A DNA stretch of 64,000 bases from an uncultured virus (IMG/VR IMGVR_UViG_3300025174_000006) (lineage: Duplodnaviria; Heunggongvirae; Uroviricota; Caudoviricetes): IMG/VR virus record IMGVR_UViG_3300025174_000006. The stretch is one strand, 5' to 3'. Under the pieces are notes generated by a model. That model was not told where the DNA came from. It ran no database searches and saw only the letters and a program-made list of their open reading frames with translations. Made by a program: the position numbers and the translations under genes. The number at the start of each line of letters is the position of its first letter. Positions within the stretch are counted from its first letter, which is position 1. Shown one piece after another: positions 21,457 to 32,505 of this stretch.

Positions 21457-21820
21457 TTATTTATAATGTACTATACAAGAAATAATTTGATTGTGTTACA
21501 ACTTCGTTGGGTTACACCACAAATAATATGTTTTTATTTCACCAGTTCTCCCTCGCCGTGTTTTCCGGTTAATATTTCTGTGTGGATTTTACTGCAGAAT
21601 GCAAGAATATCTCCCTGTGGATAATCTCCGCTACTATAAGGGCAAGTTATTCTAAGAAACAATTTTGACTCCAGCCGGCTGATGAATTTATGTATTGTTC
21701 CGGATTTTACAATATTGATTTGATTATCTAAGAAAAACTTAAAGTGTGTTGAATACTCAACATCTTCGTTTATCCTGTACCACTGTTTTTCTTTTGATTT
21801 TTCTCCCATGATTTTTATTT

Positions 21821-22582
21821 TTAAATATGACAATCTAAAATTGTTATTTGAAAATTCCTATCTTCTGTTTTGTTTAAGTTTAAAAAATAGTTATACTTTT
21901 CGATAAGAAATTTCTCATTAATGTTTTCATCTCCCTCATAATATGTTTCTTCATCTCCGTTTTCATCTTCAATGATAATATTACAAATCATTCTTTTTAC
22001 AGCATCTTCTTTCGACATATTTTCATTCCAACTCTTTTGTATTGCCTTGAATTTGTTTATTATATCTTGTGCTGAAATATCTTCAGAAATTAGCATTTCA
22101 CTTTGTCCATCTAATTCCAAATGCGAACACGCTTCTATTAATTCCATTTCGCTTATTTTAACGTATTCTTGTACGTTATCTCGATATTTTTCTGCTACCT
22201 TTTCATCTTTTAAGTTAAGAGCTTTTTTCAAAAGAGCCTTTAATTCTTCTTCGCTTTTACAGGTTGGCAATATATTTTTCCAACGACCACCTACCTCACA
22301 CCAATCATACATCGAATCGCTGTTATAGCTATTTCCATATTCTCCATATTTTAAATCGAGATGTGAGTATTCTCCCTCCATAAACTCGGCTAATGTTGGA
22401 TATGTTTTTTCTATTTCAGGAACTTCTTTTATTGTGTTCTTATATAGCTTTTTTGCTTGTTTTGCAGTATATTCAACTTCAAATGTTATTTCTGCTCCAT
22501 CGTCTTCGGTTGCATCGCAATTATGTTTTGCCATTATGGAAGATTCTTCGCTTTCGTGGATTAATAAAACTGAGAAGTGCAT
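21821..22582 (-). CDS. phage hypothetical protein
   Basis: MHFSVL...DWCEVGGRW...LDCHI; own promoter. Confidence 0.7.
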   Translation of the reverse strand: MHFSVLLIHESEESSIMAKHNCDATEDDGAEITFEVEYTAKQAKKLYKNTIKEVPEIEKTYPTLAEFMEGEYSHLDLKYGEYGNSYNSDSMYDWCEVGGRWKNILPTCKSEEELKALLKKALNLKDEKVAEKYRDNVQEYVKISEMELIEACSHLELDGQSEMLISEDISAQDIINKFKAIQKSWNENMSKEDAVKRMICNIIIEDENGDEETYYEGDENINEKFLIEKYNYFLNLNKTEDRNFQITILDCHI

Positions 22583-23798
22583 AGGATATAATTTTAGTTT
22601 GTGTTATAATGTACTATACCAAGAAAAATTGAGCTACGTTACAAAATCAATCATCATTTTCAACTTCTTCTTCACCTGTTTCCCATTCTTTTTCTGTGAT
22701 GATATATCCAAAACGATTAACATAATGAAATCCTGCAGAAATAATAAGTTTGCCATCTACATCTAAAATAGTCCAAACACGTTTTTTGGTTTTTTCATCT
22801 TGTGCCATTTTAAGGATATATGCTTCTTCCTCTCTATAAGTTTCATACATTGTTCCACCAAAAGAACAAACATCTTCATCTTTAATTAAAATGTTGGTTT
22901 CAGCTCTAATAATATGATTTATTTGAGGCTTATACTCTTTGTAAAAAACTTCGTCTTTTATTTTCTTTATCTTTTTCATGATTTTGTAATTTTTTATTAT
23001 TGCACTATACAAAAAATTAAATTCCTGTGTTACAAAAAGAAACTTCACACTCTATCTTGCAGATTTTGGATTAGTTCTTCTAAAATAAACTGCTCCTTAT
23101 ATGGCATTTCAGAATCAACGTTCTTAGCTTCTTTTTTGATTTCTTTACAAACTTGAGATGCAATTTTTGCTACAACTTCCTTAAATTCGGGATACCTTTC
23201 AAGACCAATTAAGGGTTTGACTTTATAGTAGTTATCATTAACATATTTAAGGTCATCTTCATAACTGATAGAAACAATCGCTTTCATGTAGGGACTATAT
23301 GCTAAATTGCCGACTTTGATTTTTGAATAATCATCTTTTTCAATCTTGTATTTGACGTTATTATAAGTTGCTGTTTCCATTTTGTTTTTGGTTTATAATG
23401 TACTATACCAATTTTAATTTAATCGCGTTACACTTTTAAATATGTTTCTCCGCATTTTCTCTATTCTTGAAATAAACAGTATCCATTGTTCCTGCAAAAG
23501 GGTTTTGTTCTTTTATAGTAAATGCTTTATCTCCAGCTTCAATTGAAATTCCTGTGTCTTTAAATAAAAACAAGCCTGCTTCATCTTTCCCGATGGTTAC
23601 TTCCTTAACTTTTTCTCCTGTGATTTTCATACTGTTTAATTAAATTATGTTTATATTTTTTCATGTTATATTGGTTGTTGGTTTGTGATGTGATATTTTG
23701 TTTGTTATAATGTACTATACAAATTTTAATTCTTTTGTGTTACAAAGAAGGCGGATGTGGCGTCACAGGCTGGTTTCAGGCGATTTTTTGATTTATTA

Positions 23799-23880
23799 GA
23801 TATACGTAAAATCCAATTCAATTTTTGTCACAAACTTAATTCTTTTTGTGACAGAATTTCAGATTTATGTTTCGTATATC
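23799..23880. repeat. double-dyad element copy 3
   Basis: same box spacing. Confidence 0.9.
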
Positions 23881-24012
23881 CAAATAAAAATTAAATCCTA
23901 CTTTAGGAGCCCTGGGAAATTCTGAAGCTCCGGTGCTTCAGAATCAGGATTTTACGCAAACAAAAAGCCCAGGAATTTTCCCGGGCTTCGTGTGAAATGT
24001 AAAAATATATCT

Positions 24013-24399
24013 TTAATCAATGCACAAATATCCTTTAAGATTTACTGCTGGACAAAACATTAGCAACTCATCAATTGCTGTAACATCGCCACTTGCACAT
24101 TGCTCTTTAATGAGTTCTAAACATTCGTCAATTAATAACTGCTTGCGTTTCTTTTGCTCTTCCTGTACTTCTGCGATTGCGTTTTTCACAAGGATACAAT
24201 CGAAATCAGAGGATTTTACTTCTGGATTTGTTTTTCCTATATTTGAAATAATTTCACCGTCAATAGTAATTGTAGCAATTACTCTTGCATTTTCAGAGTT
24301 CGGGTTGGTATCGGGATAACAGTCAATTGAAATTTCTCCTGTTTCTTCATTAGTATAATCTGTTATTACCTCTGCAAAAATTTGGATTTTGTTTTTCAT
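24013..24399 (-). CDS. hypothetical protein
   Basis: start overlaps the upstream stop (TAATG). Confidence 0.6.
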   Translation of the reverse strand: MKNKIQIFAEVITDYTNEETGEISIDCYPDTNPNSENARVIATITIDGEIISNIGKTNPEVKSSDFDCILVKNAIAEVQEEQKKRKQLLIDECLELIKEQCASGDVTAIDELLMFCPAVNLKGYLCID

Positions 24400-24719
24400 T
24401 ATATTTGTTTTGGGTTTATAGTAAATTTCCAATGCAACAATTGTTTCTTTCCAACCTCATAGTAAATTTCCAGTATAGCAATTGCTTCTTTCCAACCTCC
24501 TTTATATTTGTGTTGTTTTATACCTTGCTCAACAAATTTTTCAAGTATATTTGATGACTGTTCTAAAAGAAGTGGTGTTTCTGCAACAATAACTTCCCAC
24601 GTAAATGCTTTTTTCCCTGCTCTAAAACTAAACTTCTCCCCATTAAGCGTTTCATAAACATGAATTTCTTTTGGACCGGGGTTTAATACTTCTTTAAGTG
24701 TGAGAGTTAGTTTTGCCAT
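24399..24719 (-). CDS. hypothetical protein
   Basis: 106 aa; own promoter. Confidence 0.6.
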   Translation of the reverse strand: MAKLTLTLKEVLNPGPKEIHVYETLNGEKFSFRAGKKAFTWEVIVAETPLLLEQSSNILEKFVEQGIKQHKYKGGWKEAIAILEIYYEVGKKQLLHWKFTINPKQI

Positions 24720-25030
24720 GATGTTTCGTTTTGGTTATAATGTACTATACAAGAAATAATTGGATTGCGTTACACCTCTTCGTTTTCTTGTATATTTATA
24801 TCATCTGCATCAATGCCAGAGCTTAAAATTTGTGCGCCTAAACAACTCGGTTCATTCTGCAGAGCTAAATTAATTAGGTCAATTGCAGTTAGAGCATCTG
24901 CTACCATGTTTCCATGAATTCTAGGTATGTCTACTTGTATTGTCAGGTTTTTGATTGTGATTGTTTTCATAAGCTATGTTTTTTTGGTTTATAATGCACT
25001 ATACAAGATTTAATTTAATGGCGTTACAAC

Positions 25031-25471
25031 TTATTGAGAAATCAAAGTTTGTCTGTAAGAGTTTGATATTTCATTACTCCAATGATAGGGTTCTACACAT
25101 TCCTTAAAGTATTGTTCTGGAGTTAAATCTCTTGTATAAACATATTTAAAGAAATTTTCTTTTATAAGTTCTTTATAGCGAACATCTCTACTCTCTTTAG
25201 TTGGAAAATTTTGATAAATTCTACCGACTTTAGGAGAAATATAACTTAACTCAAATGGAGTTTCAAAGTTTTTAATATTCATTACAAAATCAATTCCATA
25301 AGACCATTCATCTTTGGTATCAATAACGGTAAAATCCCTTTTCAACCCTTTTAAATCATTCCTGGATTTTCCTTCTATAAACAAATGCACAATAGAAATA
25401 CACTCCATTCTTTTAGCTGAAAGCTCCATCGCATATTTCTCAGCATCAAGATATTTTTTAAAAGTTTTCAT
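25031..25471 (-). CDS. hypothetical protein
   Basis: 146 aa; own promoter. Confidence 0.65.
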   Translation of the reverse strand: MKTFKKYLDAEKYAMELSAKRMECISIVHLFIEGKSRNDLKGLKRDFTVIDTKDEWSYGIDFVMNIKNFETPFELSYISPKVGRIYQNFPTKESRDVRYKELIKENFFKYVYTRDLTPEQYFKECVEPYHWSNEISNSYRQTLISQ

Positions 25472-25531
25472 TTGTTTGTGTTTTGGTTATAATGTACTAT
25501 ACAAATTTTAATTTAAGGGCGTTACAATTTT

Positions 25532-26149
25532 TCAGTTTTTTTCTATCTCTTTCAACATTTCAACTTCTTCTGTTTCAAGTTGAGCGTATTCGTTTAATTT
25601 ATTTGTGTGTTCAGTTGCAAGTTTTTCGATTACCTTTTCTTTATCAATTTTCAATTTTTTTATACAAGTGAGTACTTCTATTTGAACTTCACGTTTGTTT
25701 TTGGAAATATTTACTTTATCACCATGAACAGCACCCCAAACATTTTTACCAACTTCTTCTTGAATTGATATTTCACAACATACTATTCCCAATATGTTTA
25801 AGTCAAACAAATTAATTTTATATACCCCTATTTTAGAATTATGCTTTTCAAAGTAAGCAAATCTAGGTGTAATCTTTGTAATTACGTCCGACCATACTTT
25901 ATGAGAATAAACACTGGAGAACCAAAACACATCACCAACTTTAACATCAGATTTTATTCGTGTATCAACAAAATAGGATTTGTCAGCTTGAATGTAAATT
26001 CCCATTAGTTTGGGATGTTTAACTGTATAAACATTTTCAAAAGTGTGAATTTCTACTTCTACCTCCGTTCCTTTCTCAATTGGACAGACAGCGTGCGACC
26101 ATTTAGGACATTTTAGGCTCTTTGCTAATATTAGTTTCTTCGTTTCCAT
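25532..26149 (-). CDS. hypothetical protein
   Basis: 205 aa; own promoter. Confidence 0.65.
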   Translation of the reverse strand: METKKLILAKSLKCPKWSHAVCPIEKGTEVEVEIHTFENVYTVKHPKLMGIYIQADKSYFVDTRIKSDVKVGDVFWFSSVYSHKVWSDVITKITPRFAYFEKHNSKIGVYKINLFDLNILGIVCCEISIQEEVGKNVWGAVHGDKVNISKNKREVQIEVLTCIKKLKIDKEKVIEKLATEHTNKLNEYAQLETEEVEMLKEIEKN

Positions 26150-26450
26150 AGAAAATTCTGTTTTTATTGGTTTGTAATGTACTATACCAAAAATTAAATT
26201 GCCGTGTTACACTTTTAAATTGATATTCTCAGCTATTAAAAATAGGCTTTCGTCTATTAAAAATCAGTTTTTAACTATTTTATTAAATTGTTAATAATAT
26301 CCAGCCTACTTTTACAGTGAATGTCAAATATGATACAGATCACCAAAATTAGTGATAAACATCACTTAGTTTTAAGAAACAGATAAATAACTCTATCGTT
26401 TAATTTTATATAAACTGAACCGTCAGAAACGGCAACTTAAAAAACAGATT

Positions 26451-26768
26451 ATGGAAACAAATTATGTCAACGTTGAAAATTTGGATTTAAAAAACTTAAC
26501 ATCAAAAGAGCTTTTTCTATACACTTTAAATAAAATTGGCAGACCTTCACTAGCAAGGGATATGGCTGAATATTTGGAAAGAAATAAATTAATTTCAATG
26601 AAAAAAGAGGAAATATTAATCAGATTATATACTGGTGCGACACAATTAAACAAATCAAAAGTAGTTAGTAGGATGCCCTATGATGGCAGAATGTATATGT
26701 ATGCTATCATAAAACAACAACAATTTGTTAATTTGACAGCTCAGAATAAATTTAAAATGGTTGCATAA
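26451..26768 (+). CDS. basic putative DNA-binding protein, paralogue 1 of 3
   Basis: DLxxLTxxELFLxxLxxIGxPxxxRDM...LYxxAxxLN motif, winged-helix-like. Confidence 0.65.
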   Translation: METNYVNVENLDLKNLTSKELFLYTLNKIGRPSLARDMAEYLERNKLISMKKEEILIRLYTGATQLNKSKVVSRMPYDGRMYMYAIIKQQQFVNLTAQNKFKMVA

Positions 26769-26916
26769 CAAATAAATGTGTGAATTATATAACACAAAAA
26801 TAAAATTGTGTAATAGCTACATGTTCATAAATTGCAACCTTTGTTGCGTTAAAAAGTATAAACAATAAAGATTTTAACTGTACCGACAGAATCGGCAATT
26901 TAAAAACAAAAACAAA

Positions 26917-27318
26917 ATGAATACAATTAGCAAAAAAAAGGTTAAGGTTAAAGTTCCAACTCCTTCGGCAAAAGCCGTAAAGTCAAAAACTAAAGAAGAA
27001 AAAACAACGAAAAAAGCGATAGAAGAAAAAACAAAAGATGTTGATTTGAATAATTTAACAGCAGATGAAATCTTTTTACAGACCCTAAAAGAGATAGGCG
27101 CACCTTCTCGCGTTAGAGATATGGTTGCTTTACTTAAAAAGAATAAACGAGTTTCAATAGCAAAGAAAAAATTGTTGATAAAATTTTATGCCAGTGCATC
27201 ACACTTAAATCGAGATGGTGTAGTAAAAAGAACCCCGGTAAATGGAAGTATGTATGCTTACAGTCTTTTGGGCTGGAAGAAAAATAAAACCAAAGCTAAA
27301 CTATCTGTGGCTGCATAA
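26917..27318 (+). CDS. basic putative DNA-binding protein, paralogue 2 of 3
   Basis: same motif; Lys-rich N-terminus. Confidence 0.65.
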   Translation: MNTISKKKVKVKVPTPSAKAVKSKTKEEKTTKKAIEEKTKDVDLNNLTADEIFLQTLKEIGAPSRVRDMVALLKKNKRVSIAKKKLLIKFYASASHLNRDGVVKRTPVNGSMYAYSLLGWKKNKTKAKLSVAA

Positions 27319-27393
27319 CACACGTTTATTTTTGTATTAAAGGGAGAGAATATAGACCAAAAATCCTATTCTCTCCCTTATTTTTTGGGAATA

Positions 27394-27744
27394 TTATGCA
27401 ACCTTTTTCTCTTTTGCTTTACCAAATTTCCAACCAGACATACCATAAACAAACATACTTTTATTTACTGGCTCTCTTTTTACGAATCCTACCTTATTCA
27501 AAAGAGAAGCACTGGCATAGAGTTTTATCAAAAGTTTAGCTTCTTCTGTTTTTAGTGATTCATCCTTTTTGAGCTCCTTAACCATATCCCTCACAATAGC
27601 CGGTTTTCCAATTTGCTTTAAAGCGTGTAAAAACAATTCGTCTGCCGTTAATGTGTTTAAATCAATAGCCTTTGCTTTCCTTGCTTGTGCTTTTAAAGCT
27701 GAAGTATTTAATACTTTAACTTTACCAATGCTTTGAGTTTCCAT
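27394..27744 (-). CDS. basic putative DNA-binding protein, paralogue 3 of 3
   Basis: same motif; driven by the repeated promoter. Confidence 0.65.
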   Translation of the reverse strand: METQSIGKVKVLNTSALKAQARKAKAIDLNTLTADELFLHALKQIGKPAIVRDMVKELKKDESLKTEEAKLLIKLYASASLLNKVGFVKREPVNKSMFVYGMSGWKFGKAKEKKVA

Positions 27745-28395
27745 TTTGTTTGATTTTTTAGATTAATTTATAATGCACTATACAAAAAATACTGGAGAGG
27801 TGTTACAAAAAGGGAGAATTATTACCATTTCTTTTTTCCATTGCGACCTTTAGGGGATGGCCAGGGATTATTCTCCCTTAATAAATCAACATTTATAAGT
27901 TCATTAAGACGATAATTTCTTATTGGTATTGGCTCTCTATCAAATACTGTGGATTTTATCTTTACTTCTTCCGGCAAATCCTTTATATCAATGCCAGTCT
28001 TTTTTGACAATTCTTCTATTGAGTCAATAATGATTATCTCCCCAGCTTCTATCAATTTTTCTGCAATCCTTTGAGCTTCTTCTCCAACCAGACCCATTCC
28101 AATTACAATTATCTTTGCTTTATTTTTCTTTTTAGAGTTCATGTTGTTTTATTTTCTATTAATTTATATGCTCCAGAATCTAATCCATGTTGAAATTGTT
28201 TAACCGAAGTCCAAGCCATACTCATTGTGTTTCTCCCTAAATTATGTGTAGGAACGTTCCAGCTAATCCTTTTTTCAGTTACTTTTACAACTTCAAACTC
28301 TTTTCCGGTTGGAGTGAATAAAAATATTGTTCCAATCTTTACATCTGTTGCTTTCATATTGTACTATACAATAAACAATTGAATTATGTTACAAA

Positions 28396-28944
28396 TTATG
28401 AGGGGAGAACATCAGGAAAAACAACTGTATGACTTGCTATATAAATTCCTTTTGTAATATCAGATAGTTTATCAGCCACTCTTTCTTTTCCTTCTGCTGT
28501 TAATAAGTCAGTAAAAAGTATGCCGTTTAAATGATCAATCTCATGAGAGAAAACCACTGCATCAAATCCTCTTAATCTAAGTTTCTGTTTATTGAAATCA
28601 ATATCATAAAATTCGACATCAATTATCTCGTTTCTAACAAACACATCTTCATAGACACCAGCAATACTTAAACAGCCCTCGTGTGATTTTTGAATTCCTC
28701 TTTGTTTTTTTATAATTGGATTAACAACAACAATCTCTTTATTGCCCATTTTCATTACAAACACACGACTATTAACATTTAGTTGTGGACTTGCTAATCC
28801 TACTGCTGTACCTATACTTTTCATTGTAAAAAGCATATCATTAGCCAAAGTTTTAATCTCTGGAGTATTTTCAGCTTCAATACATACTTCCCGAAGCATT
28901 TTAGAGCCGTAGCCAATGATGGGTAGGATTTTATTTTCTTCCAT
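28396..28944 (-). CDS. def: peptide deformylase
   Basis: VGLASPQL, EGCLS and HEIDHLNG motifs. Confidence 0.92.
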   Translation of the reverse strand: MEENKILPIIGYGSKMLREVCIEAENTPEIKTLANDMLFTMKSIGTAVGLASPQLNVNSRVFVMKMGNKEIVVVNPIIKKQRGIQKSHEGCLSIAGVYEDVFVRNEIIDVEFYDIDFNKQKLRLRGFDAVVFSHEIDHLNGILFTDLLTAEGKERVADKLSDITKGIYIASHTVVFPDVLPS

Positions 28945-29232
28945 ATTTTAACATATTTGTTAATTGAGCCATTTCATCTTCTGATAGAAAATTATAATCA
29001 GTAATCCCGTTAAGTTCTCTATCTAAATAGATTTTGCGTTTCAAGTTATCAACAAACCACTTAAAGCCATTTATATTTACCTCTATAAGTCTTTTCTTTA
29101 TTTGTTCTTTTTCTGTCATATTGTACTATACAATAAATTAAAACACTACGTTACAATTTTTAAACTTGAGGCCACCGGGATTAAATCCGGGCCAGCCAGG
29201 AGGCTCCCAATACCCATTTTTTTAATTTTTTA

Positions 29233-29313
29233 GATATACGATTAATCAAAGTCAATTTATGTCACAAAGATAAATAATTTGTGACAGAAATACAGTTTTA
29301 TATTTCATATATC
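29233..29313. repeat. double-dyad element copy 4
   Basis: same spacing; ATTAATCAAAG-type left arm. Confidence 0.88.
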
Positions 29314-29579
29314 TACAAGTCAAAAAAACAGGCTTTTTCTTGCTGCTGGTTAGCCGCCATTCTGCTGCTTTTTTCTGGTTTTTTAACCAGTTGAAATTCT
29401 AATTTATCAATGTTTATAGCACTTACAGAGCTTTGTTTAGCCGCTGGTTCCTGGAAATCCTGAAGTTGGCGAGTTCTAAAAAAGAAAACCCCGGAGAATG
29501 TCCGAGGTTATTAGTGTTGATGTTAAAAAATAAAATCCACCAAACGGAAGAGCCGAAGGTGGATTTTACTTTATAATCG

Positions 29580-29676
29580 TGGAAACAAAAGGACTCGAAC
29601 CTATACATCTACTTTTTCAGGGTAGCACTCTACCGAACTTTTGACAGCTCTCCTTTCGGAGTTGAGTTACATTTCC
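29580..29676 (-). tRNA. tRNA-Phe(GAA)-like RNA with an enlarged D-loop
   Basis: acceptor GGAAATG/TGTTTCC, T-loop TTCGAGT, anticodon loop CTGAAAA; 33-nt D-loop containing CTCC-GAAA-GGAG. Confidence 0.6.
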
Positions 29677-29986
29677 TTGTTACATTATAAAACGAATATG
29701 TTTTATAATTGTTTCACAAAACTAAAAAAATTATTCTACTATTCCAAGTTTATTTAAAAAATTATTTGCGTATTCTACTGCATTTTTAATAGATGCTTGA
29801 TGGTCATCCTTGAAATCATAAGCAACGGCATCAATAGCAGAATGTATTTCATTCATTAATTCACACATCGCTTTTAAATTCTCTAATCTTTTAGCATCCA
29901 CTTCTGATTTCCCAACTGGTCTAATTTCACCAATTAGCTTTTTTACTACATCGTAATTTGTCATCGTTTTATGTTTTGAGTTTTAG

Positions 29987-30060
29987 TGGAAGAAATTGGA
30001 TTTGAACCAATGGCACAAACGTTTTCGGCGTTTTGCTCTACCAGACTGAGCTACCCTTCC
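29987..30060 (-). tRNA. tRNA-Phe(GAA)-like gene with C33
   Basis: GGAAGGGTAGCTCAGTCTGGTAGAGC...AAACG-CCGAAAA-CGTTT...GGTTCAAATCC. Confidence 0.75.
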
Positions 30061-30696
30061 AGTTATAATGTACTATACAAAAAGAATTATTGCTACGTTA
30101 CAAAAGTGCGATTTTTATGCTTGTTTGTAGGTCTTTAAGGAATTTTGTTTCATCTTCCATTTCAGCGCCACCAAATTCAATATTACGTTGAATGGCTCTT
30201 TCTGTGAATTTGCCCATTTGGAACGCTTCTAATGGAGTTAAATCTTTTGGTGATGTTTCTGCTTTAGTACAGACTTTTTGCCAAGTTTGTGTTTGAAGTG
30301 TATTTAATTCACCGCTGAAGGTAAATAATGGTCTTATGATTTCAAATAGCATGAGATATGTTTTTTAGTTATAATGTACTATACAAATTAAAATCGAGTT
30401 GCGTTACAAAAAATGTTTTATCTAATTTCTTCAGAAATACGTTCTGCTTCTGCAAGTGTCCAAATGTTATCTTCCATTGCTTTCTCCCTTTTAAATAAAG
30501 TAAAACCCCAGACTCCATTTGTATTGTATTTAATCTCGATACCATTCTTAGTAGAAATATGACGATAGGATATTTTCCCTTCTTTTACTTTAAATGGTTC
30601 ATTAGAGCCAATTTGTTGAAACAATCTCCCTTTAGCATCAGCAAGGAATGTTACATCACCTTTTTTCTCTATAAAATTAAGTCCTTCCATTTTGTT

Positions 30697-31239
30697 TTAT
30701 TTTAAATCATTTCTAAATACCAATACATTCGCTTGAAGTACAGAACTATACACTAAAGCCTTTTTAGCATATTTCTTTGGCTCTTCGATTAATTCAACAC
30801 AATCAACAATCCGAGTTCCTTCATGTTGACTAACTCTGTAAGTATCAATAGCGTATTCTTGCTTTACGTTTTTCAAAAACTCTTTAACTTTTTCGTCTAT
30901 TTCTTTTTCATTTAATTCACTTATTTTCAAGTAAGTTAAATTTTCAAAAAATTCTCCCTCTCTGCCTGCTATTAACCAATCAGCCATTTCTTGTAAGTGA
31001 GAAGGCAAAATATCATCTTCATTTTCAAAATCAAACAGGGAAGAATTTGAGCTATCATTAACCATTTTCTCAAAGGCATAAGCATAATCCTTTTTTAAAA
31101 ATCTTCCATTTAAGCGTTCCCTGTAACATTGTCCAACCAGATGCTCCCCATTATGCCAAATAATTGCTACACCGCCATCTTCTGCTAATAAAGTGCCATC
31201 GCTTCCACCTTCGTTTATATATAAGAATTTGTTTTCCAT
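30697..31239 (-). CDS. hypothetical protein, probably leaderless
   Basis: ATG directly after the promoter. Confidence 0.65.
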   Translation of the reverse strand: MENKFLYINEGGSDGTLLAEDGGVAIIWHNGEHLVGQCYRERLNGRFLKKDYAYAFEKMVNDSSNSSLFDFENEDDILPSHLQEMADWLIAGREGEFFENLTYLKISELNEKEIDEKVKEFLKNVKQEYAIDTYRVSQHEGTRIVDCVELIEEPKKYAKKALVYSSVLQANVLVFRNDLK

Positions 31240-31270
31240 AATGCACTATACAAGTTTTAATTTAACTGCG

Positions 31271-31585
31271 TTACAAAAAAGAACAATTGGATAGAAATTC
31301 TTTTTGCTTATCAGTAAGTTCTCCAACAAATTCATATTCAATTTCATCGCAAGTAAAAACCTTGCCTTCTATTACTGTTGTAGTTGTTTTTACAATAATA
31401 AGTTCAGCTCCAAGTAGCCGTTCAAATCCCATTCCCGAATCCAAAGAACCGTCAAGTCCTTTTGTTGCCTGTTTGATTATTTCATCTTTGGTTTTTCCAG
31501 TTAATTTTGTTGCTGGATATGCTCCAGTACCTCCACCCCAAAGATTTCCTAATACTGTTCCTGTCGATTTAAATGAAGTTTTCAT
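31271..31585 (-). CDS. hypothetical protein
   Basis: GNLWGGGTGAY...LDSGMGFE; stop codon lies inside the next promoter's TGTAAC. Confidence 0.65.
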   Translation of the reverse strand: MKTSFKSTGTVLGNLWGGGTGAYPATKLTGKTKDEIIKQATKGLDGSLDSGMGFERLLGAELIIVKTTTTVIEGKVFTCDEIEYEFVGELTDKQKEFLSNCSFL

Positions 31586-31651
31586 GGTGTTTGTTTTTGG
31601 TTTATAACGCACTATACAAAAAAGAATTTAATTGCGTTACATTAACTAATA

Positions 31652-31903
31652 TTATTCAAGTTCTTTACCGTTTTCGTCCATTTGAAAAAAGTCTATTGAA
31701 CTACCTTGTTTTTGAACAAGTTTAACAGCTTTTAACCCTTTTACTTTTTGATTTCTAATTTTAAAATCATGTACTCCCGAAAATGAGCCAGTGTTACATT
31801 CTTCTTCAATATCATCAATACTCATATTTCTATCAATCGGTTCTTCTGACAGAACTTCAACTTGATATACTGTTCTGTAAAGTGTTTTTGTTTTAGGCTT
31901 CAT
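31652..31903 (-). CDS. hypothetical protein, paralogue of 13185-13496
   Basis: YRTVYQVEVLSEEP. Confidence 0.65.
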   Translation of the reverse strand: MKPKTKTLYRTVYQVEVLSEEPIDRNMSIDDIEEECNTGSFSGVHDFKIRNQKVKGLKAVKLVQKQGSSIDFFQMDENGKELE

Positions 31904-32303
31904 GGCTGTTTTTATTTAAGTTATAATGTACTATACAAATTTTAATTTGATTGTGTTACAACTATTTTACATCAGAATAAACACATTCGTAAGAACACCC
32001 AAGTGAACTTCCACCTTCTAACATAAAACTAACTGTTAAATCTTTGTCATTATGCTTAAGAACAATAAAGTTTTCGCCGATTGTATTACCACCATATTCA
32101 ATAACTTCGTAATCATTATCATTAGCAAAATTACTAATTTCTTCATAGTTGCAAATTTGTCCTTTTTTCATAACGTTTGTTTTTGGTTGTAATGTACTAT
32201 ACGAATTTAAAACATATCGCGTTACAAAAACATAAAATAACAGGCGGATGTTTCTGGAGAAGCCCGTCGCCGGCGAGTTCTGGAGCTATTTTTGATTTTA
32301 AAA

Positions 32304-32385
32304 GATATACGTAAAATCCAACTCAATTTTTGTCACAAACTTAATTCTTTTCGTGACACAATTTCAGATTTATATTTCGTATATC
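32304..32385. repeat. double-dyad element copy 5
   Basis: same spacing. Confidence 0.9.
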
Positions 32386-32468
32386 CAAATCAAAGAAAAT
32401 TCTACTCCAGGAGCCTCCAGGGATTCTGAAGCACCGGAGGCTTCATATATTTATCTTCAGGATTTTAC

Positions 32469-32505
32469 AAAAAACAAAAGCCCCAACATTTCTGCCGGGG
32501 CTTTT
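32469..32505 (-). terminator. intrinsic terminator, representative of a family closing each gene block
   Basis: minus strand AAAAGCCCCGG-CAGAAATG-TTGGGGCTTTTGTTTT; related hairpins near 18280, 23958, 34993, 37295, 40441, 42305, 44142, 44893, 46343 and 48356. Confidence 0.8.
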
